Under the pieces are notes generated by a model. It did not search any database. It had not been told where the DNA came from and was given only the letters and a program-made list of their open reading frames with translations. From an uncultured Eubacteriales bacterium (GTDB lineage Bacteria; Bacillota; Clostridia; Oscillospirales; CAG-272): 64,000 nt of DNA. The stretch covers positions 18,083 to 82,082 of the forward strand of contig CAKSER010000002.1 of NCBI GenBank assembly GCA_934447715.1, given 5' to 3'. A program made the translations under genes and the position numbers. The first letter of the stretch is position 1. Each line of letters begins with the position of its first letter. This document shows, in pieces, positions 29,432 through 40,090 of the stretch.

Positions 29432-29941
29432 TTATTCCTTTATAAGAATTCTTTCGATTTCGCAGATATAGACATAGTGATAGTCGCGCTTCGGATAGCA
29501 CTGGTCTATTATCGTCCGGTCGATAAAGCCGTTTTCGTCGATTCTGCCCTTGTACAGCTTTTTTCCGACATAGACAATACTCGACTGCTCAAAATAGGTA
29601 ATATCCTCCTCGTCTATGCGGTCAAGCCCGGCAAGGGCAAGCTTGTCGCAGTCCCTTCCGCTCTTAAAGCCGCATATCTTGTGTATATCGTGCTTATCTT
29701 CGTCAAGAAAAGAGAGCGTAAGACGGTCGGCCTCCTCCGCAAACTCATATGTGTACCTCTGCGGACGGATCACACATACGCAGACCGGCTTTCCCCACAG
29801 CTCCCCGATTCCTCCCCAGCTTGCGGTCATCGTGTTGACGCTGCCGTCCGGCTTTTTTGCCGTAATAAGAAGCCAATCCTTCGAAATCTTCTTTATAAAA
29901 TTGAGCTCGACCCCGTCCGGGGCATATTCGGTAAATTTCAT
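29432..29941 (-). CDS. Flavin reductase-like FMN-binding protein
   Basis: 169 aa containing VNTMTASWGGIGELWGKPVCVCVIRPQRYT, typical of flavin reductase domain proteins. A GGAGGA SD precedes the start. Confidence 0.72.
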   Translation of the reverse strand: MKFTEYAPDGVELNFIKKISKDWLLITAKKPDGSVNTMTASWGGIGELWGKPVCVCVIRPQRYTYEFAEEADRLTLSFLDEDKHDIHKICGFKSGRDCDKLALAGLDRIDEEDITYFEQSSIVYVGKKLYKGRIDENGFIDRTIIDQCYPKRDYHYVYICEIERILIKE

Positions 29942-30040
29942 TCGTTCCTCCTGCCGTTTTACGGCTGATTCTTTAATATTTTATCCCACTATAAATATAT
30001 TCGGCATGTCAAAATCCGAAACAGCTTTTAAAATCAAAAA

Positions 30041-30835
30041 TTAAAGAACAAGCTTGTCTGCTATCGAAAAAAGAAAATCGTCTTGTCTGATGATCTCTGC
30101 AAGCTCATGGGAGTTATGCGGAAGTACTCTTGTATAGATTCCTCCTCCGCAGCAGGACGCCTCCTCGTGCGCATCCGAACCGCAAAGGCCGATAAAGCCG
30201 GGCTTTGACGCAACAAGCTTCGCACCTGCTGCAACCCTTGAGTTGTGATTTACATGCATGTTAAACGATTCGATTCCGTCAACATATGAGTAATCGATCT
30301 GCGTCATACCGTCCCTGAACGGATGCGCCTGTAAAAACAGCCTTCCGTCCTTGCGGAATTTTTCCGAAAATGACTTGTAATCAAGAACAAGAAGATCGAA
30401 TATCTCATAAATATCCTTTTCCTCGATTCCGTAAACAAGATAGTCGTTTGCAGTATCGGGAAAACGCACCTCGGCGCCTAAAATCACTTCCACTCCGAGC
30501 TTTTCTCCCTCTGCCTTTGCCCTTTTGAAGTCGTCAATGTACGCCTTGCAGTACTCCTCCTTTGACCTGTCTCGGCAAAGCAGCATCGAAAAATGATTTG
30601 TCACCGCGAGTGCATCATACCCGTTTTCCTTGTAAATTTCAATCAGCCTTTCGGGAGGAAGAAAGCTGCAGGGGCTTACGGGCTTTGTGTGCGAATGCGT
30701 TTCAATCCTGTACCGGTACTCCTTTTTTATCTCTTCTTTTATTTTATCCTTAAGTGCGCAATTCACTGCACCCTTTATATCCTCTGTTACTGCGTTTTTT
30801 TCGTCATTTCCGATTGGCTTGCTTAAAGCTGACAT
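30041..30835 (-). CDS. PHP-domain metal-dependent phosphoesterase
   Basis: 264 aa with ETHSHT near the N-terminus, HPF and GSDAHE motifs, a PHP-like pattern. Confidence 0.7.
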   Translation of the reverse strand: MSALSKPIGNDEKNAVTEDIKGAVNCALKDKIKEEIKKEYRYRIETHSHTKPVSPCSFLPPERLIEIYKENGYDALAVTNHFSMLLCRDRSKEEYCKAYIDDFKRAKAEGEKLGVEVILGAEVRFPDTANDYLVYGIEEKDIYEIFDLLVLDYKSFSEKFRKDGRLFLQAHPFRDGMTQIDYSYVDGIESFNMHVNHNSRVAAGAKLVASKPGFIGLCGSDAHEEASCCGGGIYTRVLPHNSHELAEIIRQDDFLFSIADKLVL

Positions 30836-30988
30836 TTGTGTTTCCGCCTCCTGTGCTGTCCTGCTTGTCCTTTTTTGCTTGTTTTTTTATCATTTTTTAT
30901 CAAAGCAAGTATAGCACACGGCAGGACATTTTTGAAGTAGCTTTGTAAAAACATAATCAAAAATTTTTCAAAAAAAGAAAAAAAGCCC

Positions 30989-31017
30989 TTGCAATTCGGT
31001 ATGATATATGATAGAAT
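30989..31017 (+). promoter_or_regulatory. Sigma-A type promoter of secG
   Basis: TTGCAA at 30989-30994, a 17 nt spacer, and TAGAAT at 31012-31017. Confidence 0.55.
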
Positions 31018-31088
31018 ACATAGGCTATTTACCGATTAATAGGTTTTTTGTCCGCGCTTGGGACATACATATAGGAGGAGTTTAAAAA

Positions 31089-31496
31089 ATGGGTACACTG
31101 AATATTGTTTTGGGAGTAATTCTTATAATCGCGGCTCTGTTCCTCATTGTTGCCGTTCTTGCACAGTCAGGCAACTCCGACGGATCGCTCGGCATTCTTG
31201 GAGGAGGCGGATCCGAAAACTATCTCGGAAAATCAAAGGGCAAAACCCGTGACAAGATTCTTTCCAAGGCAACAACAGTCGTTGCAATCATCTTTGCGGT
31301 TATTGTTCTTCTCGTCTACATTTTCCAGTCGTCAGAGACAAAGGATGTTAACGACACCACAGGAACAACAACAGCCGGCAGCGCTCAGACAACCGTAGCA
31401 GACACCGACGAGGGCTTGGACTCTGACGCAACAGATTATTCCGGACTTACATCAGAAGCAGACGAAACCGACGCTGCAGACTCGGACGCTGAATAA
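31089..31496 (+). CDS. secG: Preprotein translocase subunit SecG with an acidic C-terminal extension
   Basis: 135 aa with two TM segments around the Gly-rich loop LGILGGGGSENYLGKSKG. The C-terminal 55 aa or so are Thr/Asp/Ala-rich. A GGAGGAG SD precedes the start. Confidence 0.85.
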   Translation: MGTLNIVLGVILIIAALFLIVAVLAQSGNSDGSLGILGGGGSENYLGKSKGKTRDKILSKATTVVAIIFAVIVLLVYIFQSSETKDVNDTTGTTTAGSAQTTVADTDEGLDSDATDYSGLTSEADETDAADSDAE

Positions 31497-31590
31497 TCCA
31501 ACAGAATGCTTTTAAAGCACCTCTTTATTAAAAATAAAGGGGTGCTTTTGAAATATATCTAACATATCGGAGATATCGGAGGAAACACAA

Positions 31591-33753
31591 ATGATACAAC
31601 TTATCGGGGAAGGAAGATACCTGCTTTCCGGCTCACAGATCGCAGAAAGCGCACCTGTTTCAAAAGAAGAAGCCAGAAAAAACACAATGGCATACAAAAT
31701 TCTTCAGGCGCACAATGTTTCGGGCAGCGAAAGCAAGCTGCAGATAAAATTCGACGCAATGGCGTCCCACGACATTACATATGTCGGAATAATCCAGACC
31801 GCGAGAGCAAGCGGACTGAAGGAATTCCCGATTCCGTATGTGCTTACAAACTGTCATAACAGCCTATGCGCCGTCGGCGGAACAATCAACGAGGATGACC
31901 ACATGTTCGGCCTTTCCGCAGCAAAGAAATACGGCGGAATCTATGTTCCGGCTCATCAGGCGGTAATCCATTCGTTCATGAGAGAAACAATGAGCGGATG
32001 CGGTAAAATGATCCTCGGCTCGGACAGCCATACAAGATACGGCGCTCTCGGCACAATGGCAATCGGAGAGGGCGGACCGGAGCTTGTAAAGCAGCTGCTC
32101 TGCCGCACTTACGATATCGATATGCCGGAGATCGTCGGCGTTTATCTTACCGGAAAGCCGAAAAAGGGCGTCGGTCCGCAGGATGTCGCAATCGCACTCA
32201 TCGGCGCGGTGTTCGCATCCGGCTTTGTCAAAAACAGAGTGCTTGAATTTGTCGGAGACGGAGTCGCAAACCTCCCGATCGAATTCAGAAACGGCATCGA
32301 TGTTATGACAACCGAAACCACCTGCCTTTCCTCCATCTGGACAACAGACGAAAAAACAAAGGAATATTTCGAAAATCACAAGCGCCCGGAGGCTTATAAA
32401 AAGCTTCAGCCCGGCGAGATTGCATATTACGACAGAATGGTTATTGTCGACCTTTCAAAGATCGAGTCGATGATCGCCCTGCCCTTCCACCCGTCAAACG
32501 CAGTTACCGTAAAGGAGCTTTTAAAGGATCCGAAAAAGATTCTTACAGACTTCGGTCTCGAGCAGCTTCTTGACAAGGTAGACGAAAACGGCAGAATCAG
32601 GGTCGATCAGGGAGTAATTGCGGGCTGTGCCGGAGGAACCTATGACAACCTCATGGCAGCAGCCGATATCCTTAACAACAAGACAATCGGATGCGATGAT
32701 TTTGCAATGTCGGTATATCCTGCAAGCCAGCCTGTAATGAGCGGACTTGTAAAGAGCGGTGCAATCACCGAGCTTATGGATGCCGGCGTAACTGTAAGAA
32801 GCGCATTCTGCGGTCCCTGCTTCGGCGCAGGCGATGTACCGTCAAATAACGGCTTGAGCATCAGACATTCAACGCGCAACTTCCCGAACAGAGAGGGTTC
32901 TAAGCCCGGAGAGGGACAGAAGGCGTTTGTCGCACTCATGGATGCAAGATCAATCGCCGCAACCGCAGCAAACGGTGGATATCTCACTCCTGCAACAGAG
33001 CTTGATATTGAATATTCGGAGATTGATTATACCTTTGACGACGCGCCGTATAAAAACAGAGTGTACTACGGCTTCGGCAAGGCAGATCCAACAGCAGAGC
33101 TCCGTTTCGGCCCGAACATTACCGACTGGCCGGAAATGCAGCCGCTTCAGGATGATATTCTTATGAGAGTGGCTTCGCTTATCACCGACGAGGTTACAAC
33201 AACCGACGAGCTTATCCCGTCCGGCGAAACCTCATCCTACCGTTCAAATCCGCTCAGACTTGCGGAATTTGCTCTGTCAAGAAAGGATCCCGGATATGTA
33301 AAGCGCGCAAAAGCCGCAAACGGAAAGCCGTCTGCCGAGGTTCTTGCAAAGATAAAGGAGATCACACAAAACGACGAATCCGAGCTTAGCTGCGCAAGCG
33401 TTGTATATGCAATCAAGCCGGGCGACGGCTCCGCAAGAGAGCAGGCAGCGTCATGCCAGAGGGTTCTCGGAGGAATTGCAAATATCGCGCGCGAATATGC
33501 AACAAAGCGCTACAGAAGCAATCTGATAAACTGGGGTATGATTCCGTTCACCATGCCGCAGGATCCGTCATTTGTGGTTGATGATTACATCTTTGTCCCC
33601 GGAATCAAAAAGGCAATCGAAAACAAGGACAAGACGATTAAGGCATACATTCTCGGCAAAGGAGAAATAACCCTCGAGCTCCCTGTGCTTACAGATACAG
33701 AAAGAGAAATAATCCTCCGCGGCTGCCTGATCAATTACTATAAATTCAACTGA
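31591..33753 (+). CDS. Aconitase-family hydratase (putative aconitate hydratase)
   Basis: 720 aa with GSDSHTRYG and CGPCFGAG aconitase Fe-S ligand regions and a C-terminal swivel-like domain. The start at 31591 is supported by GGAGGA 7 nt upstream. Confidence 0.8.
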   Translation: MIQLIGEGRYLLSGSQIAESAPVSKEEARKNTMAYKILQAHNVSGSESKLQIKFDAMASHDITYVGIIQTARASGLKEFPIPYVLTNCHNSLCAVGGTINEDDHMFGLSAAKKYGGIYVPAHQAVIHSFMRETMSGCGKMILGSDSHTRYGALGTMAIGEGGPELVKQLLCRTYDIDMPEIVGVYLTGKPKKGVGPQDVAIALIGAVFASGFVKNRVLEFVGDGVANLPIEFRNGIDVMTTETTCLSSIWTTDEKTKEYFENHKRPEAYKKLQPGEIAYYDRMVIVDLSKIESMIALPFHPSNAVTVKELLKDPKKILTDFGLEQLLDKVDENGRIRVDQGVIAGCAGGTYDNLMAAADILNNKTIGCDDFAMSVYPASQPVMSGLVKSGAITELMDAGVTVRSAFCGPCFGAGDVPSNNGLSIRHSTRNFPNREGSKPGEGQKAFVALMDARSIAATAANGGYLTPATELDIEYSEIDYTFDDAPYKNRVYYGFGKADPTAELRFGPNITDWPEMQPLQDDILMRVASLITDEVTTTDELIPSGETSSYRSNPLRLAEFALSRKDPGYVKRAKAANGKPSAEVLAKIKEITQNDESELSCASVVYAIKPGDGSAREQAASCQRVLGGIANIAREYATKRYRSNLINWGMIPFTMPQDPSFVVDDYIFVPGIKKAIENKDKTIKAYILGKGEITLELPVLTDTEREIILRGCLINYYKFN

Positions 33754-33852
33754 CCTATAACACCGAACCGGTTTTACAGGTCCGGGGCCGGGGGCTGATC
33801 CTGAACCGATCAACTGACCGGTCAGCCTGTCGTTCAAAATAATAAATATAAG

Positions 33853-33896
33853 CAAAAAAGGAATCCGACTGTTTGTCCGACAGCCGGATTCTTTTT
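33853..33896. terminator. Bidirectional terminator between the convergent aconitase-like and CPBP genes
   Basis: gaatccg(a)ctgt pairs with acag(c)cggattc across 33860-33890, flanked by A5 and T5. Confidence 0.75.
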
Positions 33897-33941
33897 AAAT
33901 TACAGATTTTTTATACACGCCGATGTAACAGTACCGACAGA

Positions 33942-35144
33942 TCATGAAATATTGACCGATATCTGAACAACTATAACCCCGGCAGTAAGTGCCGCATCCG
34001 AGTCCTCGTTTTCCTCTTCTGCGTATATTGTAAGAATATACCTGCCCTTTTCAAGCTCCATATTCACGCTGTCGGTAACAGCACTGTCATACGGAACCTC
34101 TTTCAGAATATTTCCCTTTTCGTCTTTAAGCTTGTACGCAGTAAGTCCGCCGTCGCATACGCTTGTGACCGAGATCGAATATAAGCCGTCCTCTTCAACA
34201 GTAAATTCGCATACCCTTTCAGCGTGACCGTCAACAATCATCGCTTCCTCGGTAAAGTCCGAGTATATCGGCTTGACGTTCGAAACGGCGACAGTGACAA
34301 GCCCGGAAATTATCATTACGACCGCCAGAACAACAGATATAATTACCCCTCTTGCCCTCGGCTTTTTGTTTTTCAAAAGACGAGTTCCGAAGTAAAAAAG
34401 CGGAATCGCAATCGCACCGTAGAATAAGAAAAGTCCTATAACCGTCGGAATCCCGAATGTAATCTGAATTGCCCGTGCGCTGTCGGCTGCCTGCCCGGCG
34501 CTTCCTGCGTTATACGAGGAAACAACCGAAAACGAGTTGTTAAGGAAATGGAAGATCGCAGGCAGGATGATAGAATCCGTCTCGAGAGCAATATATGCCA
34601 AAACCGCCCCGAGCATTGCCGTCGGGAAAAATCTGATCGGATCAAGATGAAGGATTCCGAACATCACGCCGACAATTGCCGAAACAAGAAGCTTGCTTCT
34701 TACCGATTTCATTGAGGAAAGTATAATACCCCTCATGATTATTTCTTCGCAGATTGCCGGGATCAGCGCAAAGGCAATAATTCCGACAGCAGGCGAAACA
34801 GAGGTTAAAATGCCTCCGATTCCGTTTGAAACCTTTACGAATTCCTGCGGAAACAGCGTCTGCAGCAAAAGCGTAACAGGTGTAATTGCAGCAAGGGTTC
34901 CGGCATACAGCATCGCTCCGCCGAAAAACGACTTTATCGGCGGCAGTGTAAGCGGAATTGCATCTTTTATGCTGCAGGAAAAAATCTCGGTAAATCCGAC
35001 TGCCACCAAAACCAGAACCAGCTCGGAAAGAATCAGTCCGACGACACTCAGCCTGGCTTGCAGATAGGCTCCTGCGGTTATTAACGTTAAAAATACAAGG
35101 ACATAGATCACAAGTCCCTGCCACGGCTTCAGCTTGTTGCTCAT
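33942..35144 (-). CDS. CPBP-family intramembrane glutamic endopeptidase with a C-terminal soluble domain
   Basis: CPBP motifs EEIIMRG and FHFLNN are present in a multi-pass membrane protein with a C-terminal domain of about 110 aa. I moved the start to the ATG at 35144 (MSNKLKPW), which follows an AAGGAGA SD. Confidence 0.78.
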   Translation of the reverse strand: MSNKLKPWQGLVIYVLVFLTLITAGAYLQARLSVVGLILSELVLVLVAVGFTEIFSCSIKDAIPLTLPPIKSFFGGAMLYAGTLAAITPVTLLLQTLFPQEFVKVSNGIGGILTSVSPAVGIIAFALIPAICEEIIMRGIILSSMKSVRSKLLVSAIVGVMFGILHLDPIRFFPTAMLGAVLAYIALETDSIILPAIFHFLNNSFSVVSSYNAGSAGQAADSARAIQITFGIPTVIGLFLFYGAIAIPLFYFGTRLLKNKKPRARGVIISVVLAVVMIISGLVTVAVSNVKPIYSDFTEEAMIVDGHAERVCEFTVEEDGLYSISVTSVCDGGLTAYKLKDEKGNILKEVPYDSAVTDSVNMELEKGRYILTIYAEEENEDSDAALTAGVIVVQISVNIS

Positions 35145-35241
35145 TTTATCTCCTTTTAGCAGGCAAAAAGACAAAGCGAGCTGCCACGGATAATCTGCGG
35201 CAGCTCGATATTTGCATATAAAACTATTCTATATAATTACA

Positions 35242-35937
35242 TCAACCAAGCTTTGCAGAGTTGATCTTGATGCCGGGGCCCATTGTAGATGCGATTACGC
35301 AGCTCTTAATGTACTGACCCTTTGTAGCAGCCGGACGAGCCTTGATGATAGCACCCATAAGCGTATCAAAGTTCTCCTGGAGCTTATCCTTTCCGAAAGA
35401 CTTCTTGCCGATCGGGCAGTGGATAATGTTTGTTCTGTCAAGACGGTACTCAATCTTACCTGCCTTAGCTTCTGTTACGGCTCTTGCAACGTCGGGTGTA
35501 ACCGTTCCGGCCTTCGGGTTCGGCATAAGGCCCTTCGGTCCGAGGACACGTCCGAGCTTACCGATAACGCCCATCATGTCGGGAGTTGCGATAACTACAT
35601 CGAAGTCGAACCAGTTTTCCTTCTGGATCTTCTCGGCATACTCTGCTCCGCCTGCGTAATCTGCGCCTGCGTCGAGAGCTTCCTGAATCTTCTCGTTCTT
35701 AGCGAAAACGAGAGTCTTTACCTTCTTACCGGTTCCGTTCGGAAGAACAACCGCGCCTCTGACCTGCTGGTCTGCGTGACGTGAGTCTACTCCGAGACGA
35801 ACATGAATTTCGATAGTCTCATCGAAGTTTGCCTTTGCGGTGTCGCATACAAGTGCAACCGCATCGCTTGCATCATAAAGCTTTGATCTGTCTACCAGCT
35901 TTTCGCTGTCCTGATATTTTTTACCCTTAAATGACAT
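35242..35937 (-). CDS. rplA: 50S ribosomal protein L1
   Basis: 231 aa, L1 family ([23 protein letters not shown]-like [14 protein letters not shown]). Confidence 0.95.
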   Translation of the reverse strand: MSFKGKKYQDSEKLVDRSKLYDASDAVALVCDTAKANFDETIEIHVRLGVDSRHADQQVRGAVVLPNGTGKKVKTLVFAKNEKIQEALDAGADYAGGAEYAEKIQKENWFDFDVVIATPDMMGVIGKLGRVLGPKGLMPNPKAGTVTPDVARAVTEAKAGKIEYRLDRTNIIHCPIGKKSFGKDKLQENFDTLMGAIIKARPAATKGQYIKSCVIASTMGPGIKINSAKLG

Positions 35938-35955
35938 TTTAGACTACCTCCTTGC

Positions 35956-36384
35956 TCAGTCGACTACCTTAATACCCATGCTGCGTGCTGTACCGGCTAT
36001 CATGCTCATAGCTGTCTCAAGCGAAGCTGCATTAAGATCGGGCATTTTGGTTTCTGCGATCTGCTTGATCTGCTCTTTTGTGATCTGAGCCACGCTGGTA
36101 TTTCCGTTCGGCTTATCTGCAGCCTTGTCAATACCGCAAGCCTTCTTAATCAGAACAGGAGCAGGCGGAGTCTTTGTGATAAATGTGAACGAACGGTCTG
36201 CGTATACGGTAATAACAACCGGGATAACGAGTCCGATGCTGTTCTTTGTCTTTTCGTTAAATTCCTTAACGAAGTTCTGAATATTAACGCCGTACTGACC
36301 GAGTGCAGGTCCTACAGGCGGTTGTGCTGTTGCTTTTCCGGCATTAAGCTGAAGCTTAATAATACCGCTTATTTTCTTTGCCAT
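35956..36384 (-). CDS. rplK: 50S ribosomal protein L11
   Basis: 142 aa containing [26 protein letters not shown]. Confidence 0.95.
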   Translation of the reverse strand: MAKKISGIIKLQLNAGKATAQPPVGPALGQYGVNIQNFVKEFNEKTKNSIGLVIPVVITVYADRSFTFITKTPPAPVLIKKACGIDKAADKPNGNTSVAQITKEQIKQIAETKMPDLNAASLETAMSMIAGTARSMGIKVVD

Positions 36385-36471
36385 TTTAATCTTTCCTCCA
36401 TATGTGGTTTTCCTCGGAAGAGTTCAAATTAAATTATAAATTTCTCTTCCTCCCACTAAGCTTAGAACCGA

Positions 36472-37026
36472 TTACGCTCTTTCGACCGTATCGGCATCGA
36501 CCTCGACAGGAGTTTCCCTGCCGAACATAGAAACAGTAATTCTGATTTTCTTCTTGTCGTCCGAGATACCGTTTACGACGCCCATATATCCCTTGAGCGG
36601 ACCGCTCTTTACGGATACCGTGTCTCCGACCTCAAAGTCGAGATTAACAGTCTTTGTCTCAATACCGATTGCAGCAACCTCTTCATCCGTAAGCGGCACC
36701 GGCTTTGATCCGGGACCGACGAATCCGGTCACTCCTCTGATATTGCGGACAACATGCCATGTTTCGTCGCTCATAATCATCTTGATGAGCACATAGCTCG
36801 GGAAAATCTTGGATTCTACATCCGTTTCCACATCGTTTCCGTCGTCATCCTTGCCGGAAACTTCTTTAACCGTCTCAACAGGAATGCGGATATCGAAGAT
36901 AACATCCTGAAGCTTACGGTTGTCGATTATCTTTTCAAGATTTGTTTTTACCTTGTTCTCGTACCCGGAATATGTGTGTGCAACATACCAATTGGGCTCT
37001 GAGCTGATCTCGTTTATATCACTCAT
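36472..37026 (-). CDS. nusG: Transcription termination/antitermination factor NusG
   Basis: 184 aa with WYVAHTYSGYENKV in the NGN domain and the KOW motif GDTVSVKSGPLKGYMGVV. It follows secE. Confidence 0.93.
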   Translation of the reverse strand: MSDINEISSEPNWYVAHTYSGYENKVKTNLEKIIDNRKLQDVIFDIRIPVETVKEVSGKDDDGNDVETDVESKIFPSYVLIKMIMSDETWHVVRNIRGVTGFVGPGSKPVPLTDEEVAAIGIETKTVNLDFEVGDTVSVKSGPLKGYMGVVNGISDDKKKIRITVSMFGRETPVEVDADTVERA

Positions 37027-37032
37027 GATATC

Positions 37033-37326
37033 TCACGCCAAGGTTGCAAGCCAGTTAACAAGCTTCGAAAATCCAACGTCCAGTCCGCTGATAACCGCGC
37101 TGCATACAACAAGAACAACAATTACAACTGCAGTACTCTTAATAGTCTGCTCCTTGCTGAACCAAACGATCTTCTTAAGCTCGCTCTTGCAGTCCTTAAG
37201 GAACTTGCCGAGTCTGCGCCAGACCGACGGCTTGTCGCTCTTTGCCTTAACAGGCTTGTCTTTTTTTGCGGTCTTGTCGGCTTTGACATTCTCTACCGAT
37301 TCAACCTTCTTCTCGTTCTCACCCAT
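37033..37326 (-). CDS. secE: Preprotein translocase subunit SecE
   Basis: 97 aa with a Lys-rich N-terminus and a single C-terminal TM segment. It sits between rpmG and nusG. Confidence 0.85.
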   Translation of the reverse strand: MGENEKKVESVENVKADKTAKKDKPVKAKSDKPSVWRRLGKFLKDCKSELKKIVWFSKEQTIKSTAVVIVVLVVCSAVISGLDVGFSKLVNWLATLA

Positions 37327-37339
37327 TCAGCATACCTCC

Positions 37340-37489
37340 TTACTTAGATTCCTTGTGGATGGTATGCTTCTTGCAAAAACGGCAATACTTGGACTTTTCA
37401 ATCCTGTCCGGATCATTTTTCTTATTTTTTGTGGTGTCGTAATTGCGCTGTTTGCATTCACTGCACGCCAATGTGATCTTGACTCTCAT
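37340..37489 (-). CDS. rpmG: 50S ribosomal protein L33
   Basis: I moved the start to the ATG at 37489 ([17 protein letters not shown]..., 49 aa), which follows a GGGAGGA SD. The longer ORF track version has no SD. Confidence 0.92.
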   Translation of the reverse strand: MRVKITLACSECKQRNYDTTKNKKNDPDRIEKSKYCRFCKKHTIHKESK

Positions 37490-37592
37490 ATTTTTCCTCC
37501 CGACATTTTTCTTGACCGTCCTTCCGAAGCTGATAAACAAATTAGGTCACAGGACATGTCTGATTAAATTATCTCCCTCCGTGAGCGCACAC

Positions 37593-37615
37593 AAAAAAGA
37601 CCTCCTCACAGAGGT
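37593..37615 (-). terminator. Terminator downstream of sigE
   Basis: On the minus strand, the hairpin acctc(t)gtga(g)gaggt is followed by cTTTTTTg. Confidence 0.55.
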
Positions 37616-37769
37616 AATCACAGTATATCACCATAATTGCCGTTTGTCAATGGTTTTGACACATTTTTTCCTGTAACACCGCCCAATATACCGCTTTTTT
37701 GCCGCAATCCGACACATATCGATCGGACAGAGCCGTAAAACCGGAAAAAATAAGCCAAAGCGGCAAAGG

Positions 37770-38468
37770 TCAGACCTTGGTATTGATCTCATCTCTCAGC
37801 TTGGAAATAATTCTCTTTTCGAGCCTTGAAATATAGGATTGCGATATGCCAAGGATATCTGCGACCTCCTTTTGCGTTTTTTCCTTTCCGTTTTCAAGGC
37901 CGAAGCGGAGCTTGATTATCGCCTGTTCTCTTTTGCTTAAAGTTTCTATTGCACGGAGAATCGTCTTTCTGTCCTCGTCGTGCTCCATGTTTTTATAAAC
38001 CGAGTCCTCGTCACCGCCGAGAATGTCGGAAAGAAGCAGCTCGTTTCCGTCCCAATCGGTATTGAGCGGCTCGTCGATCGACACCTCGGATCTTATATTT
38101 CCGTTTTTCCTGATATACATCAGAATCTCGTTTTCGATACACCTTGATGCATATGTGGCAAGCTTGATGTTCCTGTCGGTCTTAAAGGTGTTGATCGCCT
38201 TGATCAGACCTATTGTGCCGATAGAGATCAGATCCTCGATTCCGATACCGGTATTTTCGAATTTCTTTGCAATATATACAACAAGCCGGAGATTATGCTC
38301 GACAAGCATCCCCTTCATGTCGGGGTCGGTGCTCAGTCTGTCAAGCGCCTCTGTCTCCTCCTCTCTCGAGAGCGGAGCCGGAAGAGTATCCGGACCGTTT
38401 ATGTAATATATTCCCTCTCTTTTCCCGAGAAGAGAATTGATCGCCTTCTTTAAAATCTCAATCAGCAT
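37770..38468 (-). CDS. sigE: Sporulation sigma factor SigE (pro-sigma-E)
   Basis: 232 aa sigma-70 family protein with region 2 ([33 protein letters not shown]) and a region 4.2 HTH ([20 protein letters not shown]). An N-terminal pro-peptide is present. The gene overlaps the 3' end of spoIIGA by 7 nt. Confidence 0.88.
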   Translation of the reverse strand: MLIEILKKAINSLLGKREGIYYINGPDTLPAPLSREEETEALDRLSTDPDMKGMLVEHNLRLVVYIAKKFENTGIGIEDLISIGTIGLIKAINTFKTDRNIKLATYASRCIENEILMYIRKNGNIRSEVSIDEPLNTDWDGNELLLSDILGGDEDSVYKNMEHDEDRKTILRAIETLSKREQAIIKLRFGLENGKEKTQKEVADILGISQSYISRLEKRIISKLRDEINTKV

Positions 38469-39370
38469 TTTTTAATCACCCTTTCAGTATCCGTCACACA
38501 CAAAACCGCCGGAACAATACCGTCATATCCGCCGAAATTTTCTCCCTCTCCTCCGACTGCCGCACATGCATCAACAGGACAGCCGTCTATTTCGATAAGC
38601 TCCGGAATAAATCCGATAAGCATCGCCCTGCCTCCTATCCCGTTTGCCGGAATAAAGCGGATCTTCTTCATCACATCGCTGTCGGACGAATCTATAAGAC
38701 AATAATTTCCGAGCAGTATCTCGCGCATCCTTCGGTCAACAAGCTCGCATAGCTTTTCCCTTTTTAAAATCAGAACCGGAAGACCGCCTATCGGATCGCA
38801 AAGCAGATTTCCGCTGTCGCACAGGCAGTCAAAGGAAGCCGATTTGCCTTTGCTGTAAATAAAAACCGTAACACGGCGCTCGGCTTTCTGCCTTGAAAAA
38901 ATTTGTCCGCCGGCGACGGCAGCAATACCGGTCACAGCCGCCATTGCCGCCATCCAGCCAAGCGGTATGCGCAGGGGCGGCGTTTCGCTGCCCCCTGCAA
39001 ACGTGACAGAACCGACGCCGAACAGCTTGTTTAGTAAATGGTATAAAGCAGTCATCCCTCCTCCAAGCAGGCATCCGGTTAAATAAAATAAAGCTGCGCT
39101 TTTAAAAACCCTTTTTTCAAAGGCTATATAGCACATAAGCAGCGATACAGCAAGATTGATAAGCAAACCTACCACACTGCTTCCGTTCAGAAAAACGGAT
39201 GCAACGCCGTAGACCGCGCCGATCGCCCCCGAAAGGCAGTATCTTTTAAGCTGCATCGGCATGTGCATAATTTTTCCTACTATGTATACCGTTAAAAAGT
39301 CCATAGTAAAATTTACTATAAACAAAACATCGCCGTAGATCGGCTGTTCCATTTCCATCACCGTGACCAT
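38462..39370 (-). CDS. spoIIGA: Sigma-E processing peptidase SpoIIGA
   Basis: 302 aa with a multi-pass N-terminal membrane domain and a C-terminal protease-like domain ([10 protein letters not shown]). It lies immediately upstream of sigE. Confidence 0.85.
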   Translation of the reverse strand: MVTVMEMEQPIYGDVLFIVNFTMDFLTVYIVGKIMHMPMQLKRYCLSGAIGAVYGVASVFLNGSSVVGLLINLAVSLLMCYIAFEKRVFKSAALFYLTGCLLGGGMTALYHLLNKLFGVGSVTFAGGSETPPLRIPLGWMAAMAAVTGIAAVAGGQIFSRQKAERRVTVFIYSKGKSASFDCLCDSGNLLCDPIGGLPVLILKREKLCELVDRRMREILLGNYCLIDSSDSDVMKKIRFIPANGIGGRAMLIGFIPELIEIDGCPVDACAAVGGEGENFGGYDGIVPAVLCVTDTERVIKKC

Positions 39371-39551
39371 TATATACCCGTATCGGCAAGATTTCTGTCA
39401 CTTCACGCTGTTCCATTTTAACTATTTTTGTTATATGCTTTCCTTTCGCTTTGGAAATGGGTTAATATTATTCAAGCACAGAAATTCAGAAAAAAAGCGC
39501 CCGATTATGCATGCTTTTTGCGATCCGGATCAGAAGCAGATCAAAAAGGTC

Positions 39552-39598
39552 AAAAAAGAAAAAGCAGACATGCTTTGATACCGTTAAGCTGTCTGCTT
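39552..39598 (-). terminator. Terminator after the dusB-DUF523 operon
   Basis: aagcagaca (39562-39570) pairs with tgtctgctt (39590-39598). The minus-strand T-rich run corresponds to the plus-strand aaaaaagaaaaa. Confidence 0.65.
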
Positions 39599-39646
39599 TG
39601 ATCTTTATTCTTTATTCATTTAGTATTAAATGAGCTGCCAACGCTG

Positions 39647-40090
39647 TCACAGAAGAGTATCGATCTCGTCCTCGGTTATTACCCTGATGCCGTTTTTTAA
39701 AAGAAGCTCCGCAGTAAATCCGTTGCCTATAATAAGCCTGCCGGAAAAGCTTCCGTCATAGATGCTTCGATTTCCGCAGGACGGGCTTTTCGATTTTAAA
39801 ACCGCAATACCGCAGGAAAGTTCCTTTGCAATCGCTAAAGCTGCCTCTGCCCCTCTTTTAAAGGCATCGGTAACATCCTCGCCATCCATGTTTTTTACAC
39901 TCCCGTCACTCTGAATTTCGGAAGGACTTCTCGGAACCGAAAGACCGGAAAGAACCTCCGGGCAGACCGGTATCAGTGTATATTTTTCGGAAAGCTTATA
40001 AAGAAGCTCGCGCGAAAGGGCGTTTTTAGCCGGCTTCCCGTCATATCGGCACGCGCATCCGATAAGACAGGAGCTGATAAGTACATTCAT
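39647..40090 (-). CDS. DUF523 family protein (TudS-like Cys-rich)
   Basis: 147 aa with MNVLISSCLIGCACRYDGK and SPSCG motifs typical of DUF523. It overlaps the dusB stop by 4 nt. Confidence 0.75.
   Translation of the reverse strand: MNVLISSCLIGCACRYDGKPAKNALSRELLYKLSEKYTLIPVCPEVLSGLSVPRSPSEIQSDGSVKNMDGEDVTDAFKRGAEAALAIAKELSCGIAVLKSKSPSCGNRSIYDGSFSGRLIIGNGFTAELLLKNGIRVITEDEIDTLL

Noticed and set aside
39363-39578. 71 aa ORF upstream of spoIIGA
   Set aside because: It has a GTG start, no SD and Phe-rich AT-driven composition. It lies in the spoIIGA promoter region on the opposite strand.
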